Made by a program: the position numbers and the translations under genes. A DNA stretch of 36,202 bases from Polaribacter sp. (GTDB lineage: Bacteria; Bacteroidota; Bacteroidia; Flavobacteriales; Flavobacteriaceae): positions 1-36,202 of the forward strand of contig JAQWIO010000084.1 in the NCBI GenBank assembly GCA_029248845.1, read 5' to 3'. Under the pieces are notes generated by a model. The model had not been told where the DNA came from, did not search any database, and saw only the letters and a program-made list of their open reading frames with translations. Of the stretch, positions 28,348-36,202 are shown piece after piece (the first letter of the stretch is position 1; each line of letters starts with the position of its first letter).

Positions 28348-29796
28348 TTATGATGTTTCTTTTTTTGAAAATAATTTTTTAAAGAAATTGATAAAAGGTT
28401 GCGTGATTGTATCTACATTAAAAATACCCTTATCTTTCGTGGCTCTTCTTGTGAGTAAAATACCAATTGGAACCATAATAAAAGCTGCTACCCAAGAACC
28501 TAAAAATGCAGAGATAGAACTTTCTTCAGCTAAATTTTTACCAAAAGTATTGCTAAAGAAATAGGTAACGTAAATGGCAATTGCTAGAATCATTGGCAAA
28601 CCAAAACCTCCTTTTCGAATAATAGAGCCCAATGGTGCACCAATAAAAAACAAGATTAAACAGGATAGTGAAAATGCTATTCTATTGTAGTATTCTGTGT
28701 CAAAAAAATTAAGATTTTTTCTTTTCCATTTGATTGAAGATGTATTGTTTTTTAAAGAGCTTAAGGCTCTTCCAGCCTTGGAGGCTGAGGAGTTTAGAAT
28801 GTTAATCTTATTTTGTAGATTAAAGTTTTCTAAAATATTCGGATTGATATTTTTTGCTTTAAGTGAATCGGGATATTTATACAAATCTTTGGCAACAGTT
28901 GAAACAAAGATGTTTTTAGATTTTATAAGCAGTGTTTCATCATAACTAGCTTTTAAATTGGGGATGGTGTCTCCTAGTTGATTTAAACTCAGCATCATGT
29001 AGTTTTTAGTATGATTTGTTTTATTCAAATCATCATTCCCTGAGACAGATGAGATATCAATATTAAATTCATACTCTTTAAAGGTAGCATTTGAGGCTGC
29101 CATTTTCTTTCTTTTAATAGAAGTTGTTGCAGATTTAACATGCTCCTCATAATAGTAGCCATCGTATAAAATAAATGTCATATAGCGGCTTCCTTCTTCA
29201 GAAACAATCTTACCTCTTTGGGCTGTAATTACTTTTTGGTTTCCTTTGCCACCTGTTAAATCATAAATCAAGACTTTTTTTAATAAATTTTCTTCTTTGC
29301 CATATTTTTCTTCAAATTTAATTTGAAACCCAGGGATGTCGCTATTAAAGCTTCCAGGAACTAGCGCTATAGCTGGTTTTTTCTTTTTAATATTTAAATA
29401 TAAATTCTTTTGCTTTAATACAGCATATGGGTAAATATTGTTTAAAAATAAAAAGTTAATTCCACTTAGAATAATTGTTAAAAAAACCAAAGGTCTTACC
29501 AAACGTTGTAGAGATACTCCTGCAGATTTTGCTGCAGCAAACTCGTAGTTTTCACCCAAATTACCTAGGGCCATAATAGAAGATAAAAGGACACCAATTG
29601 GTAATGCTTGGGGTGTAATAATTAAGGTAGTGTAATATAAAAATTTAAAGATGAAGGGTAGACTAATTCCCTTCCCAGCAATGTTTTCAAAGGTTTGCCA
29701 TAAAACTTGCATGACCAGAACAAAAAGCACGATTAGAAATGTAGCTACGAAAGGAACTAAAAATGTTTTTAGGATGTATCTATCTAAAATTTTCAT
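28348..29796 (-). CDS. LptF/LptG (YjgP/YjgQ) family LPS export permease
   Basis: ILDRYILKTFL, ALPIGVLLSS..GNLGENYEFAAAKSAGVSL, GAPLGSIIRKGG. Confidence 0.9.
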   Translation of the reverse strand: MKILDRYILKTFLVPFVATFLIVLFVLVMQVLWQTFENIAGKGISLPFIFKFLYYTTLIITPQALPIGVLLSSIMALGNLGENYEFAAAKSAGVSLQRLVRPLVFLTIILSGINFLFLNNIYPYAVLKQKNLYLNIKKKKPAIALVPGSFNSDIPGFQIKFEEKYGKEENLLKKVLIYDLTGGKGNQKVITAQRGKIVSEEGSRYMTFILYDGYYYEEHVKSATTSIKRKKMAASNATFKEYEFNIDISSVSGNDDLNKTNHTKNYMMLSLNQLGDTIPNLKASYDETLLIKSKNIFVSTVAKDLYKYPDSLKAKNINPNILENFNLQNKINILNSSASKAGRALSSLKNNTSSIKWKRKNLNFFDTEYYNRIAFSLSCLILFFIGAPLGSIIRKGGFGLPMILAIAIYVTYFFSNTFGKNLAEESSISAFLGSWVAAFIMVPIGILLTRRATKDKGIFNVDTITQPFINFFKKLFSKKETS

Positions 29797-29801
29797 CTAG
29801 G

Positions 29802-29809
29802 CAAAAATA
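29802..29809 (-). promoter_or_regulatory. Bacteroidetes -7 promoter box upstream of lptF/G
   Basis: Minus-strand TATTTTTG ends 5 nt before the ATG. Confidence 0.4.
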
Positions 29810-29857
29810 GTTTCTTAAGATGAAACAAGCTACTAAATTTCTATTAATTCAAAAAAA

Positions 29858-30514
29858 TTAATCAATTATAAATTTTAGCTTTTTGTACTTTTCTTCATCA
29901 AAAGAGAAAAAGTTACTAGATAAAGTTTGATTCTTTTTAAACTCTGTAATTGTAAAGGTAGTTTTAGAGCCATTTAATCCTGTTTGAATCAGTTTGTAAA
30001 TGTACATTTCATTTATATCTATACCCAATTCTACCTTTATAATATTTGATTCGCTATTTATTGGCTTTAATGTAATATATTGTATTTTTCTATCATTTAT
30101 ATTTTTTAAATCACCCATTTCAAGATTATAACCCTCATTGTAAAAGGTTAATAGTTTAGAGGGATAAATAAAACCATCATCTCCACTCATATCTCCATCA
30201 GTAATTGTGACTTCTTTTTCATCATTATTAATTACAAACAGTTTTTTTCCATCGAAAATGAATATATTTCCTAGGTAATTTAACGTGTATTTATCTCCTT
30301 GTAATATAATTTTACTTTTCAAAGGTGGTTCATCTCCTTCTTTTATTCCGGCATTTTCGTTGCTTAATGTTTCACTGAAGCTAATTGACATGTTTTTATA
30401 AGCCCCCATTTTGCTCGAAACCTCATCCAAAAGTAATTTTGCGTTTTCAGAATTTTGAGAAACAGTTTTTGTTGTTATAAAAATACTTAAAAATAAAACG
30501 GTTATTTTTATCAT
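29858..30514 (-). CDS. lolA: Outer-membrane lipoprotein carrier, LolA family
   Basis: Signal peptide; FDGKKL..NDEKEVTI pattern; directly downstream of ftsK, a conserved arrangement. Confidence 0.8.
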   Translation of the reverse strand: MIKITVLFLSIFITTKTVSQNSENAKLLLDEVSSKMGAYKNMSISFSETLSNENAGIKEGDEPPLKSKIILQGDKYTLNYLGNIFIFDGKKLFVINNDEKEVTITDGDMSGDDGFIYPSKLLTFYNEGYNLEMGDLKNINDRKIQYITLKPINSESNIIKVELGIDINEMYIYKLIQTGLNGSKTTFTITEFKKNQTLSSNFFSFDEEKYKKLKFIID

Positions 30515-30516
30515 TG

Positions 30517-32961
30517 CTATTGGTCTTTTTCGTTTTCTAATAATTGTTCTAATGCGATAAAATCTGCTACTAAAACTTGTCTGGCTTTACTACCCTCAAA
30601 ACCTCCAACGATACCGGCTGCTTCTAATTGATCTATTAATCTACCAGCTCTGTTGTATCCTAATTTTAATTTTCTTTGTAAGAGAGAAGCAGATCCTTGT
30701 TGTGCTGTTACAATAATTTCTGCTGCTTCTTTAAAGAGCTTATCTCTGTCAGAAATATCTATATCAATACTTGTACCACTCTCGTCATCTATATATTCTG
30801 GTAATTGATAGGCTTCTGCATATGCTTTTTGAGAACCAATAAAATCTGTTATTTTTTCTACTTCTGGTGTGTCTACAAATGCACATTGTATTCTATTAAT
30901 TTCATTTCCAGCTGTGTAAAGAAGGTCTCCGCGACCAATTAATTGGTCTGCACCGCCAGCATCTAAAATTGTTCTAGAATCTATTTTAGAGGTAACTCTA
31001 AATGCAATCCTAGCAGGAAAATTTGCTTTTATAATCCCAGTAATTACATTTACTGAAGGTCTTTGGGTTGCTACAATTAAATGGATTCCAATTGCTCTTG
31101 CAAGCTGAGCTAAACGTGCAATTGGTGTTTCTACTTCTTTACCAGCGGTCATGATTAAATCTGCAAACTCATCTATAACTAGAACAATATATGGTAAGAA
31201 TTGATGACCGTCATTAGGGTTTAATTTACGTTGTTTAAATTTGGTATTGTATTCTTTAATATTTCTAACCATTGCAGCTTTTAGCAAATCATAGCGATTA
31301 TCCATTTCAATACATAGCGAATTTAAAGTGTGTATAACTTTTGTTGTGTCTGTAATAATAGCCTCCTCTACATCTGGTAACTTTGCTAAATAATGACGCT
31401 CAATTTTATTAAATAAAGTCAGTTCGACTTTCTTAGGGTCTACCAAAATAAATTTAACTTCAGCAGGATGTTTCTTATACAACAGAGAAGTTAGTACAGC
31501 ATTTAAACCCACCGATTTTCCTTGACCTGTTGCACCTGCCATCAACAGGTGCGGCATTTTAGCTAAATCAATAACAAAGGTTTCATTAGAAATTGTTTTT
31601 CCCAGGGCAATCGGCAATTCCATTCTAGATTCTTGGAATTTCTTTGATGAAATAACAGAATGCATCGAGACAACTGTAGATTTTTGATTAGGTACCTCAA
31701 TTCCAATAGTTCCTTTTCCTGGAATAGGAGCAATAATTCTAATCCCCAGAGCAGATAAAGAGAGGGCAATATCATCTTCTAAATTTTTAATTTTAGAAAT
31801 TCTAATACCAGCTTCAGGTACAATTTCATACAGAGTAATTGTTGGACCAACGGTTGCTTTTATCTCTGCAATACCAATTTTGTAGTTTTTAAGTGTTTCT
31901 ACAATTTTATCTTTGTTTGCTTCTAATTCTTCAGGATCAATAGAGATCGTTTCGTTGTATTGCTTTAAGAGATTGAAAGTTGGGAATTTAAAACTTCCTA
32001 ATTCTAATTTAGGATCAAATTCACCAAAGTCTTTGACCAATTGATTTGATAAATTTTCTGAGGAATGTTCTTCTTTTTTTGTTTTAGTTACATTAATTTC
32101 TACTTCTTTTTCTTTTGTAATTTCAGTTTTTAAGGATGGTGTTATTTCATTTTCAATGCTTAAGGTACCTTCTTCTTTTTTAGATGATACATCTGAGTGA
32201 TTCGTGATTGTTGGTTGCAAGTTTTCTAAAGAAAGTTCAACTCTAGATTTTTCTTTTTTATCAGTTTGTAACGAAATTGTTTCTGAAACTTCTTTTTTGT
32301 CAACTTCTAAAATCTCAGAATTTAATATTTCTTTTTTAAAGGATTCTTCTGATTTTTTTTCTTCTTTTTTTCTTTTTAAACGGTCTAAATATTTGTCAAA
32401 AGTGATTTTATATCTTAAAACGATGTAGGCTATTAAAATAAAACCTAAAAGAATAACTAATCCTGTCTTTCCAACAAATGCTTGTGAGTATTCATTAATT
32501 TCAAAGCCTATGATTCCTGAAAGAAGTGCATAGTCATTATGAACAAAACCTAGGGAGATAGAAATCCATAACATTGCAAAAAGGCTCCAATTCCATGAAA
32601 TTATGATCGCGGCGAATTTTTTTTTGAGAAGTATGTATACCCCTGTTAAAAACGCTTGTATAGCGATTACAAATGCCCCAATGCCAAAACTTTTATAAAT
32701 TAGAAAATGACTTAAATTTGCACCAATTTTACCTAATAAATTTTGACTTTTTACTGTTTTATCTGTTAATTTTGTTAATGCGCTTTGATCTTCTTGCCAA
32801 TTAAAAAAAAAGGAAATAAAAGCGATGCAAAGGAAAGCGGAAAATAATATTAGGAAGGTACCTAAAATTGTTTGTGCTTGTCTTGTTTTTAAAAAAACAT
32901 AAATTCCCGATTTTTTTTCTGAAGAATCCGATGATTTTGTGTTTTGTGTCCTTTTAGCCAT
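30517..32961 (-). CDS. ftsK: DNA translocase FtsK
   Basis: N-terminal TM domain; MPHLLMAGATGQGKS, IDEFADL, ATQRPSV; gamma domain LQRKLKLGYNRAGRLID. Confidence 0.97.
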   Translation of the reverse strand: MAKRTQNTKSSDSSEKKSGIYVFLKTRQAQTILGTFLILFSAFLCIAFISFFFNWQEDQSALTKLTDKTVKSQNLLGKIGANLSHFLIYKSFGIGAFVIAIQAFLTGVYILLKKKFAAIIISWNWSLFAMLWISISLGFVHNDYALLSGIIGFEINEYSQAFVGKTGLVILLGFILIAYIVLRYKITFDKYLDRLKRKKEEKKSEESFKKEILNSEILEVDKKEVSETISLQTDKKEKSRVELSLENLQPTITNHSDVSSKKEEGTLSIENEITPSLKTEITKEKEVEINVTKTKKEEHSSENLSNQLVKDFGEFDPKLELGSFKFPTFNLLKQYNETISIDPEELEANKDKIVETLKNYKIGIAEIKATVGPTITLYEIVPEAGIRISKIKNLEDDIALSLSALGIRIIAPIPGKGTIGIEVPNQKSTVVSMHSVISSKKFQESRMELPIALGKTISNETFVIDLAKMPHLLMAGATGQGKSVGLNAVLTSLLYKKHPAEVKFILVDPKKVELTLFNKIERHYLAKLPDVEEAIITDTTKVIHTLNSLCIEMDNRYDLLKAAMVRNIKEYNTKFKQRKLNPNDGHQFLPYIVLVIDEFADLIMTAGKEVETPIARLAQLARAIGIHLIVATQRPSVNVITGIIKANFPARIAFRVTSKIDSRTILDAGGADQLIGRGDLLYTAGNEINRIQCAFVDTPEVEKITDFIGSQKAYAEAYQLPEYIDDESGTSIDIDISDRDKLFKEAAEIIVTAQQGSASLLQRKLKLGYNRAGRLIDQLEAAGIVGGFEGSKARQVLVADFIALEQLLENEKDQ

Positions 32962-33002
32962 TAATAATTTTAGTTAATTTTATCGTAAATATACGTATTT
33001 AG

Positions 33003-33383
33003 CTAAAACAATAAACTTATTTTAGAAATGTATATGAAACCGGCAATAATTAGTGAAATAAATGCTGCAAAACTTGCGGCACCAGCAGCTATGTCTTTTA
33101 TGAAGCCTATCTTTTCATGATACTCTGGATGCACGAAGTCAGCGAGCTTCTCTACGGCAGTATTTAAAGATTCAGCAACTAAAACCAATCCAATAGCTAG
33201 AAATTGAAACATCCATTCTATATTAGAGATGTTAAAATATAATCCTAAAATTGTAATTAATATCGCTACAAAAAGTTGCGCCTTAATACTATCTTCAGTA
33301 GTTATTAAAAGCCATGTTCCTTTCAAAGCAAATTTAAAGCTACGCAATCTTCCTTTTAAAAAGCCATCGTTAGGTTTTTTCAT
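33003..33383 (-). CDS. dgkA: Diacylglycerol/undecaprenol kinase family
   Basis: SFKFALKG, ESLNTAVE, KDIAAGA motifs. Confidence 0.88.
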   Translation of the reverse strand: MKKPNDGFLKGRLRSFKFALKGTWLLITTEDSIKAQLFVAILITILGLYFNISNIEWMFQFLAIGLVLVAESLNTAVEKLADFVHPEYHEKIGFIKDIAAGAASFAAFISLIIAGFIYISKISLLF

Positions 33384-33386
33384 AGT

Positions 33387-33884
33387 TTATAATACGTTTA
33401 ATGCTAAAGTATAATTAGGTTCATCCGCTATTTCCGAGACTTGTTCGGTATGTATAACGCAACCCTCCTCATCAACAATAACAATTGCTCTAGAGTGTAA
33501 ATTTGCTAAGGGACCGTTTGCGATTTCTAGTTCATAAGATTTGCCAAAGTTTCCATCAATGAAATCGGATAACATAACTACATTTTCTATCCCTTCTGCT
33601 GCACAAAAACGGGCTTGAGCAAAAGGTAAATCTTTAGAAATACACAAAACAACTGTATTTTTTAAATCTGTTGCTTTTTTGTTAAATTCTCTGACAGTGG
33701 TTGCACAAGTTCCTGTGTCTACACTTGGAAAAATATTCAAAATTATTTTTTTACCTGCATAATCCATTAGACTTTTAGGGGATAAGTTGACGTCAGTCAA
33801 CTTAAAATTAGGCGCTTTTGCACCAATTTTAGGTAAATTACCTATTGTGTGAGTTATATTTCCTTTTAATGTGATATTTGCCAT
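33387..33884 (-). CDS. tpx: Thiol peroxidase
   Basis: FPSVDTGTC, CISKDLPFAQARFC, EPNY. Confidence 0.96.
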   Translation of the reverse strand: MANITLKGNITHTIGNLPKIGAKAPNFKLTDVNLSPKSLMDYAGKKIILNIFPSVDTGTCATTVREFNKKATDLKNTVVLCISKDLPFAQARFCAAEGIENVVMLSDFIDGNFGKSYELEIANGPLANLHSRAIVIVDEEGCVIHTEQVSEIADEPNYTLALNVL

Positions 33885-33902
33885 TTAACATTTTTTGAAT
33901 TT

Positions 33903-33910
33903 CAAAAGTA
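33903..33910 (-). promoter_or_regulatory. Bacteroidetes -7 promoter box for tpx-dgkA
   Basis: Minus-strand TACTTTTG, 18 nt upstream of the tpx ATG. Confidence 0.45.
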
Positions 33911-34012
33911 ACTATTTTTATTGAAAAAACTTTATAAGAAAAAGGATAACTTCTCTTAAAAATCATCTTACTTTAATACTTATCTTCGCAGTCAATAAAA
34001 TTAAATTTTACA

Positions 34013-35398
34013 TTGATTTTCTCTCAATATACATCAGAATTTAAATACAATTGGAAGCTTGCTGCACCTGTTATATTGGGAATGCTTGGCCATACTTTTG
34101 TAGGTTTTATTGATAACATTATGGTTGGGCAATTAGGAACTGCTGAATTAGCAGCAGTATCCCTAGGAAATAGTTTCATGTTTATAGCAATGTCAATCGG
34201 TATTGGTTTTTCAACAGCAATAACACCTTTAATAGCTGAAGCAGATTCATCAGACAATTTAAATCAAGCAAGATCTACTTACAAAAGTGGTTTGTTTTTA
34301 TGCTCAACATTAGGAATTATCTTATTTTTAGGAATATACTTTTCTAAGCCTTTAATATATTTATTGAAACAGCCAAAAGAAGTTGTAGAATTAGCAATTC
34401 CATATTTAAATCTGGTTGCGTTTTCTTTAGTTCCTTTAGTTATTTTTCAGGCCATTAAGCAATTTAGTGATGGGATGTCTATGACAAAATATCCCATGTA
34501 TTCTACTTTATTAGCAAATATTGTAAACATAATATTAAATTATATTTTAATTTTTGGAAAATTTGGTTTCCCAGAAATGGGTATTGTTGGTGCAGCTTAT
34601 GGTACGTTATCTTCTCGTTTAATAATGGTTGTTTATTTATGGTTTCTTTTAAGATATAAAAAACGATCAGCTCAAATTGTAAAAAATATAAAATTCTTTA
34701 TTCTAGATATTTTAATGATCAAGAGGATTATTAATCTAGGATCTCTAAGTGCGATGCAAATGTTTTTTGAAGTAGCTATTTTTACTGCTGCTATATGGTT
34801 AAGCGGCTTGCTAGGTAAGAATCCGCAAGCAGCAAATCAAATTGCTTTAAACTTGTCTTCTATGACATTTATGGTTGCTATGGGCTTAAGTGTTGCATCT
34901 ATGATTAGAGTGGGAAATCAAAAAGGGTTACAAAATTACAAGGAATTGCGTAGGATTGCTTTTTCTATCTTCCTACTAGGCACCTTATTAGCTACTTTCT
35001 TTGCGGTATTGTTTTTTATTTTTCATGAAAATTTACCCAATATTTATCTAGATATAGAGGATGCTGTAAACTATTCTGATACTAGAGAAGTATTATCTAT
35101 AGCTTCAAATTTATTGTTGGCAGCTGGATTTTTTCAAATTTCAGATAGTATACAAGTTGTCGTTTTAGGAGCTTTACGCGGCCTGCAAGATGTAAAGATA
35201 CCTACAATTCTTACCTTTATATCTTATTGGGTTGTTGGTTTTCCTATTTCTTATTTCTTAGGGAAAGAAGAAATGTATGGTAGCTTTGGAATTTGGTTGG
35301 GCTTGCTTGCAGGATTAACTACAGCTTCCATTTCATTATTTATTAGATTTAATTCGTTAACTTTAAAACTCATTAAACAAAAACATGAACTTACCTAA
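34013..35398 (+). CDS. MATE family efflux transporter (NorM/MdtK-like)
   Basis: About 12 TM; DNIMVGQLG..LAAV, MGIVGAAYGT, FQISDSIQV..GALRG. Confidence 0.93.
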   Translation: MIFSQYTSEFKYNWKLAAPVILGMLGHTFVGFIDNIMVGQLGTAELAAVSLGNSFMFIAMSIGIGFSTAITPLIAEADSSDNLNQARSTYKSGLFLCSTLGIILFLGIYFSKPLIYLLKQPKEVVELAIPYLNLVAFSLVPLVIFQAIKQFSDGMSMTKYPMYSTLLANIVNIILNYILIFGKFGFPEMGIVGAAYGTLSSRLIMVVYLWFLLRYKKRSAQIVKNIKFFILDILMIKRIINLGSLSAMQMFFEVAIFTAAIWLSGLLGKNPQAANQIALNLSSMTFMVAMGLSVASMIRVGNQKGLQNYKELRRIAFSIFLLGTLLATFFAVLFFIFHENLPNIYLDIEDAVNYSDTREVLSIASNLLLAAGFFQISDSIQVVVLGALRGLQDVKIPTILTFISYWVVGFPISYFLGKEEMYGSFGIWLGLLAGLTTASISLFIRFNSLTLKLIKQKHELT

Positions 35399-35609
35399 AT
35401 TTTTATTGGCTGACAACAGCACTTTTCCTGATGATATTTTTGTATTACACACAGAATTTCCACGTTTTATTATTAATTTAAAAGATGATGAGATTGAATG
35501 GTTCGAGGATTTAACAGGAGAAAACGAAGAAGATATCGCAACAGAACTAGCAGATTTAATGGATAAGGCCGGTGCGTTTTATGATCAGGAAATGACACAA
35601 TACGATTAA
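35385..35609 (+). CDS. Small acidic hypothetical protein
   Basis: ATG overlaps the end of the MATE gene; protein-like sequence (LPKFLLADN..VLHTEFPRF). Confidence 0.7.
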   Translation: MNLPKFLLADNSTFPDDIFVLHTEFPRFIINLKDDEIEWFEDLTGENEEDIATELADLMDKAGAFYDQEMTQYD

Positions 35610-35931
35610 GCTACACTTTCTCTTTATTTCGGGTTCCTGAAGTGCTCAATCATATCCTAAAAAATAATTTCTTAGCTTACATATAAAAGCTTGCGATAAT
35701 TTTATAAACCTATCTATTGTTGATGTTGTAATATTTTAAATTATTAATAAAAAATAATTTAGAATTTGTATGGGTGCAAAATAAGTTCAATTACAACTCT
35801 GTAGGTGTTTATTTTGATCTTACTTGATATACTAAACGGATTAAAAATTAGTTTTTCAACAAATTAAAAAGGAGACTTCTTTTCTTGTTCAAATTTCTAT
35901 TATCTTCGTTTTCTTAAAAAATCAATACAAT

Positions 35932-36202
35932 ATGAGTAGAAATAGTAAAGATTATATAGGGATTGCTTTAAAAGGTGTAGCAATGGGAGCAGCAGATGTG
36001 GTGCCTGGCGTTTCTGGTGGAACAATCGCTTTTATTTCTGGGATTTATGAAGAGTTGTTAGCAGCAATTAGTACTATTAATTTAAGCTTACTCAAAACTC
36101 TAAAAAAAGAAGGTTTTAAAGTTGCATGGAAACAACTTAATGGAAATTTTTTATTGTCACTTTTTGTAGGGATTTTCGTTAGCATTATTTCTTTGGCAAA
36201 AA
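35932..36202 (+). CDS. DUF368 family membrane protein (undecaprenyl-phosphate translocase family), truncated by the window end
   Basis: Hand translation MSRNSKDYIGIALKGVAMGAADVVPGVSGGTIAFISGIYEELL; absent from the ORF track because there is no stop codon in the window. Confidence 0.9.
   Translation, partial: MSRNSKDYIGIALKGVAMGAADVVPGVSGGTIAFISGIYEELLAAISTINLSLLKTLKKEGFKVAWKQLNGNFLLSLFVGIFVSIISLAK

Noticed and set aside
33783-33804. Perfect 9-bp inverted repeat TAAGTTGAC-gtca-GTCAACTTA
   Set aside because: It lies inside the tpx coding sequence as a single copy; likely chance.
1775-34257. Many short ORFs overlapping long genes (e.g. 1775..2197, 16726..17067, 22134..22430, 23435..23629, 31563..31775)
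   Set aside because: Antisense or alternate-frame shadows of well-supported CDSs, with no motifs.
35610-35931. 320-bp intergenic gap, possibly an sRNA or gene remnant
   Set aside because: I found no convincing ORF, stable hairpin or recognisable RNA motif.

Overview
AT-rich Flavobacteriaceae-type DNA (Polaribacter/Tenacibaculum-like, judged from gene content and TAnnTTTG promoter boxes). The left ~19.7 kb is an accessory island. An 11-gene type II secretion/type IV filament-like cluster has a secretin, one GspE/PilB ATPase, GspF, a short prepilin peptidase, a divergent major pilin and three minor pseudopilins, with no PilT. It is co-oriented with, and directly upstream of, a Sec-exported two-protein Rhs/YD toxin module (1190-aa shell partner plus 1453-aa DUF6443/Rhs-core toxin) and a lipoprotein immunity candidate, closed by a terminator within inverted REP-like repeats. 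The best candidate for a little-described system is a T2SS-like machine dedicated to exporting bipartite, TcB/TcC-like Rhs toxins that show no T6SS or T9SS signal; this link is inferred from gene neighbourhood only. The right ~16.5 kb is mostly housekeeping: two tandem M1 aminopeptidases, DUF6702, a frameshifted carboxypeptidase-regulatory-like gene, a lipocalin-like lipoprotein, pepE, ribB with a dead GTP cyclohydrolase II domain, lptF/G, lolA, ftsK, dgkA, tpx, a MATE pump and a partial DUF368 gene. All family calls are from recognising motifs by eye; no searches were run.
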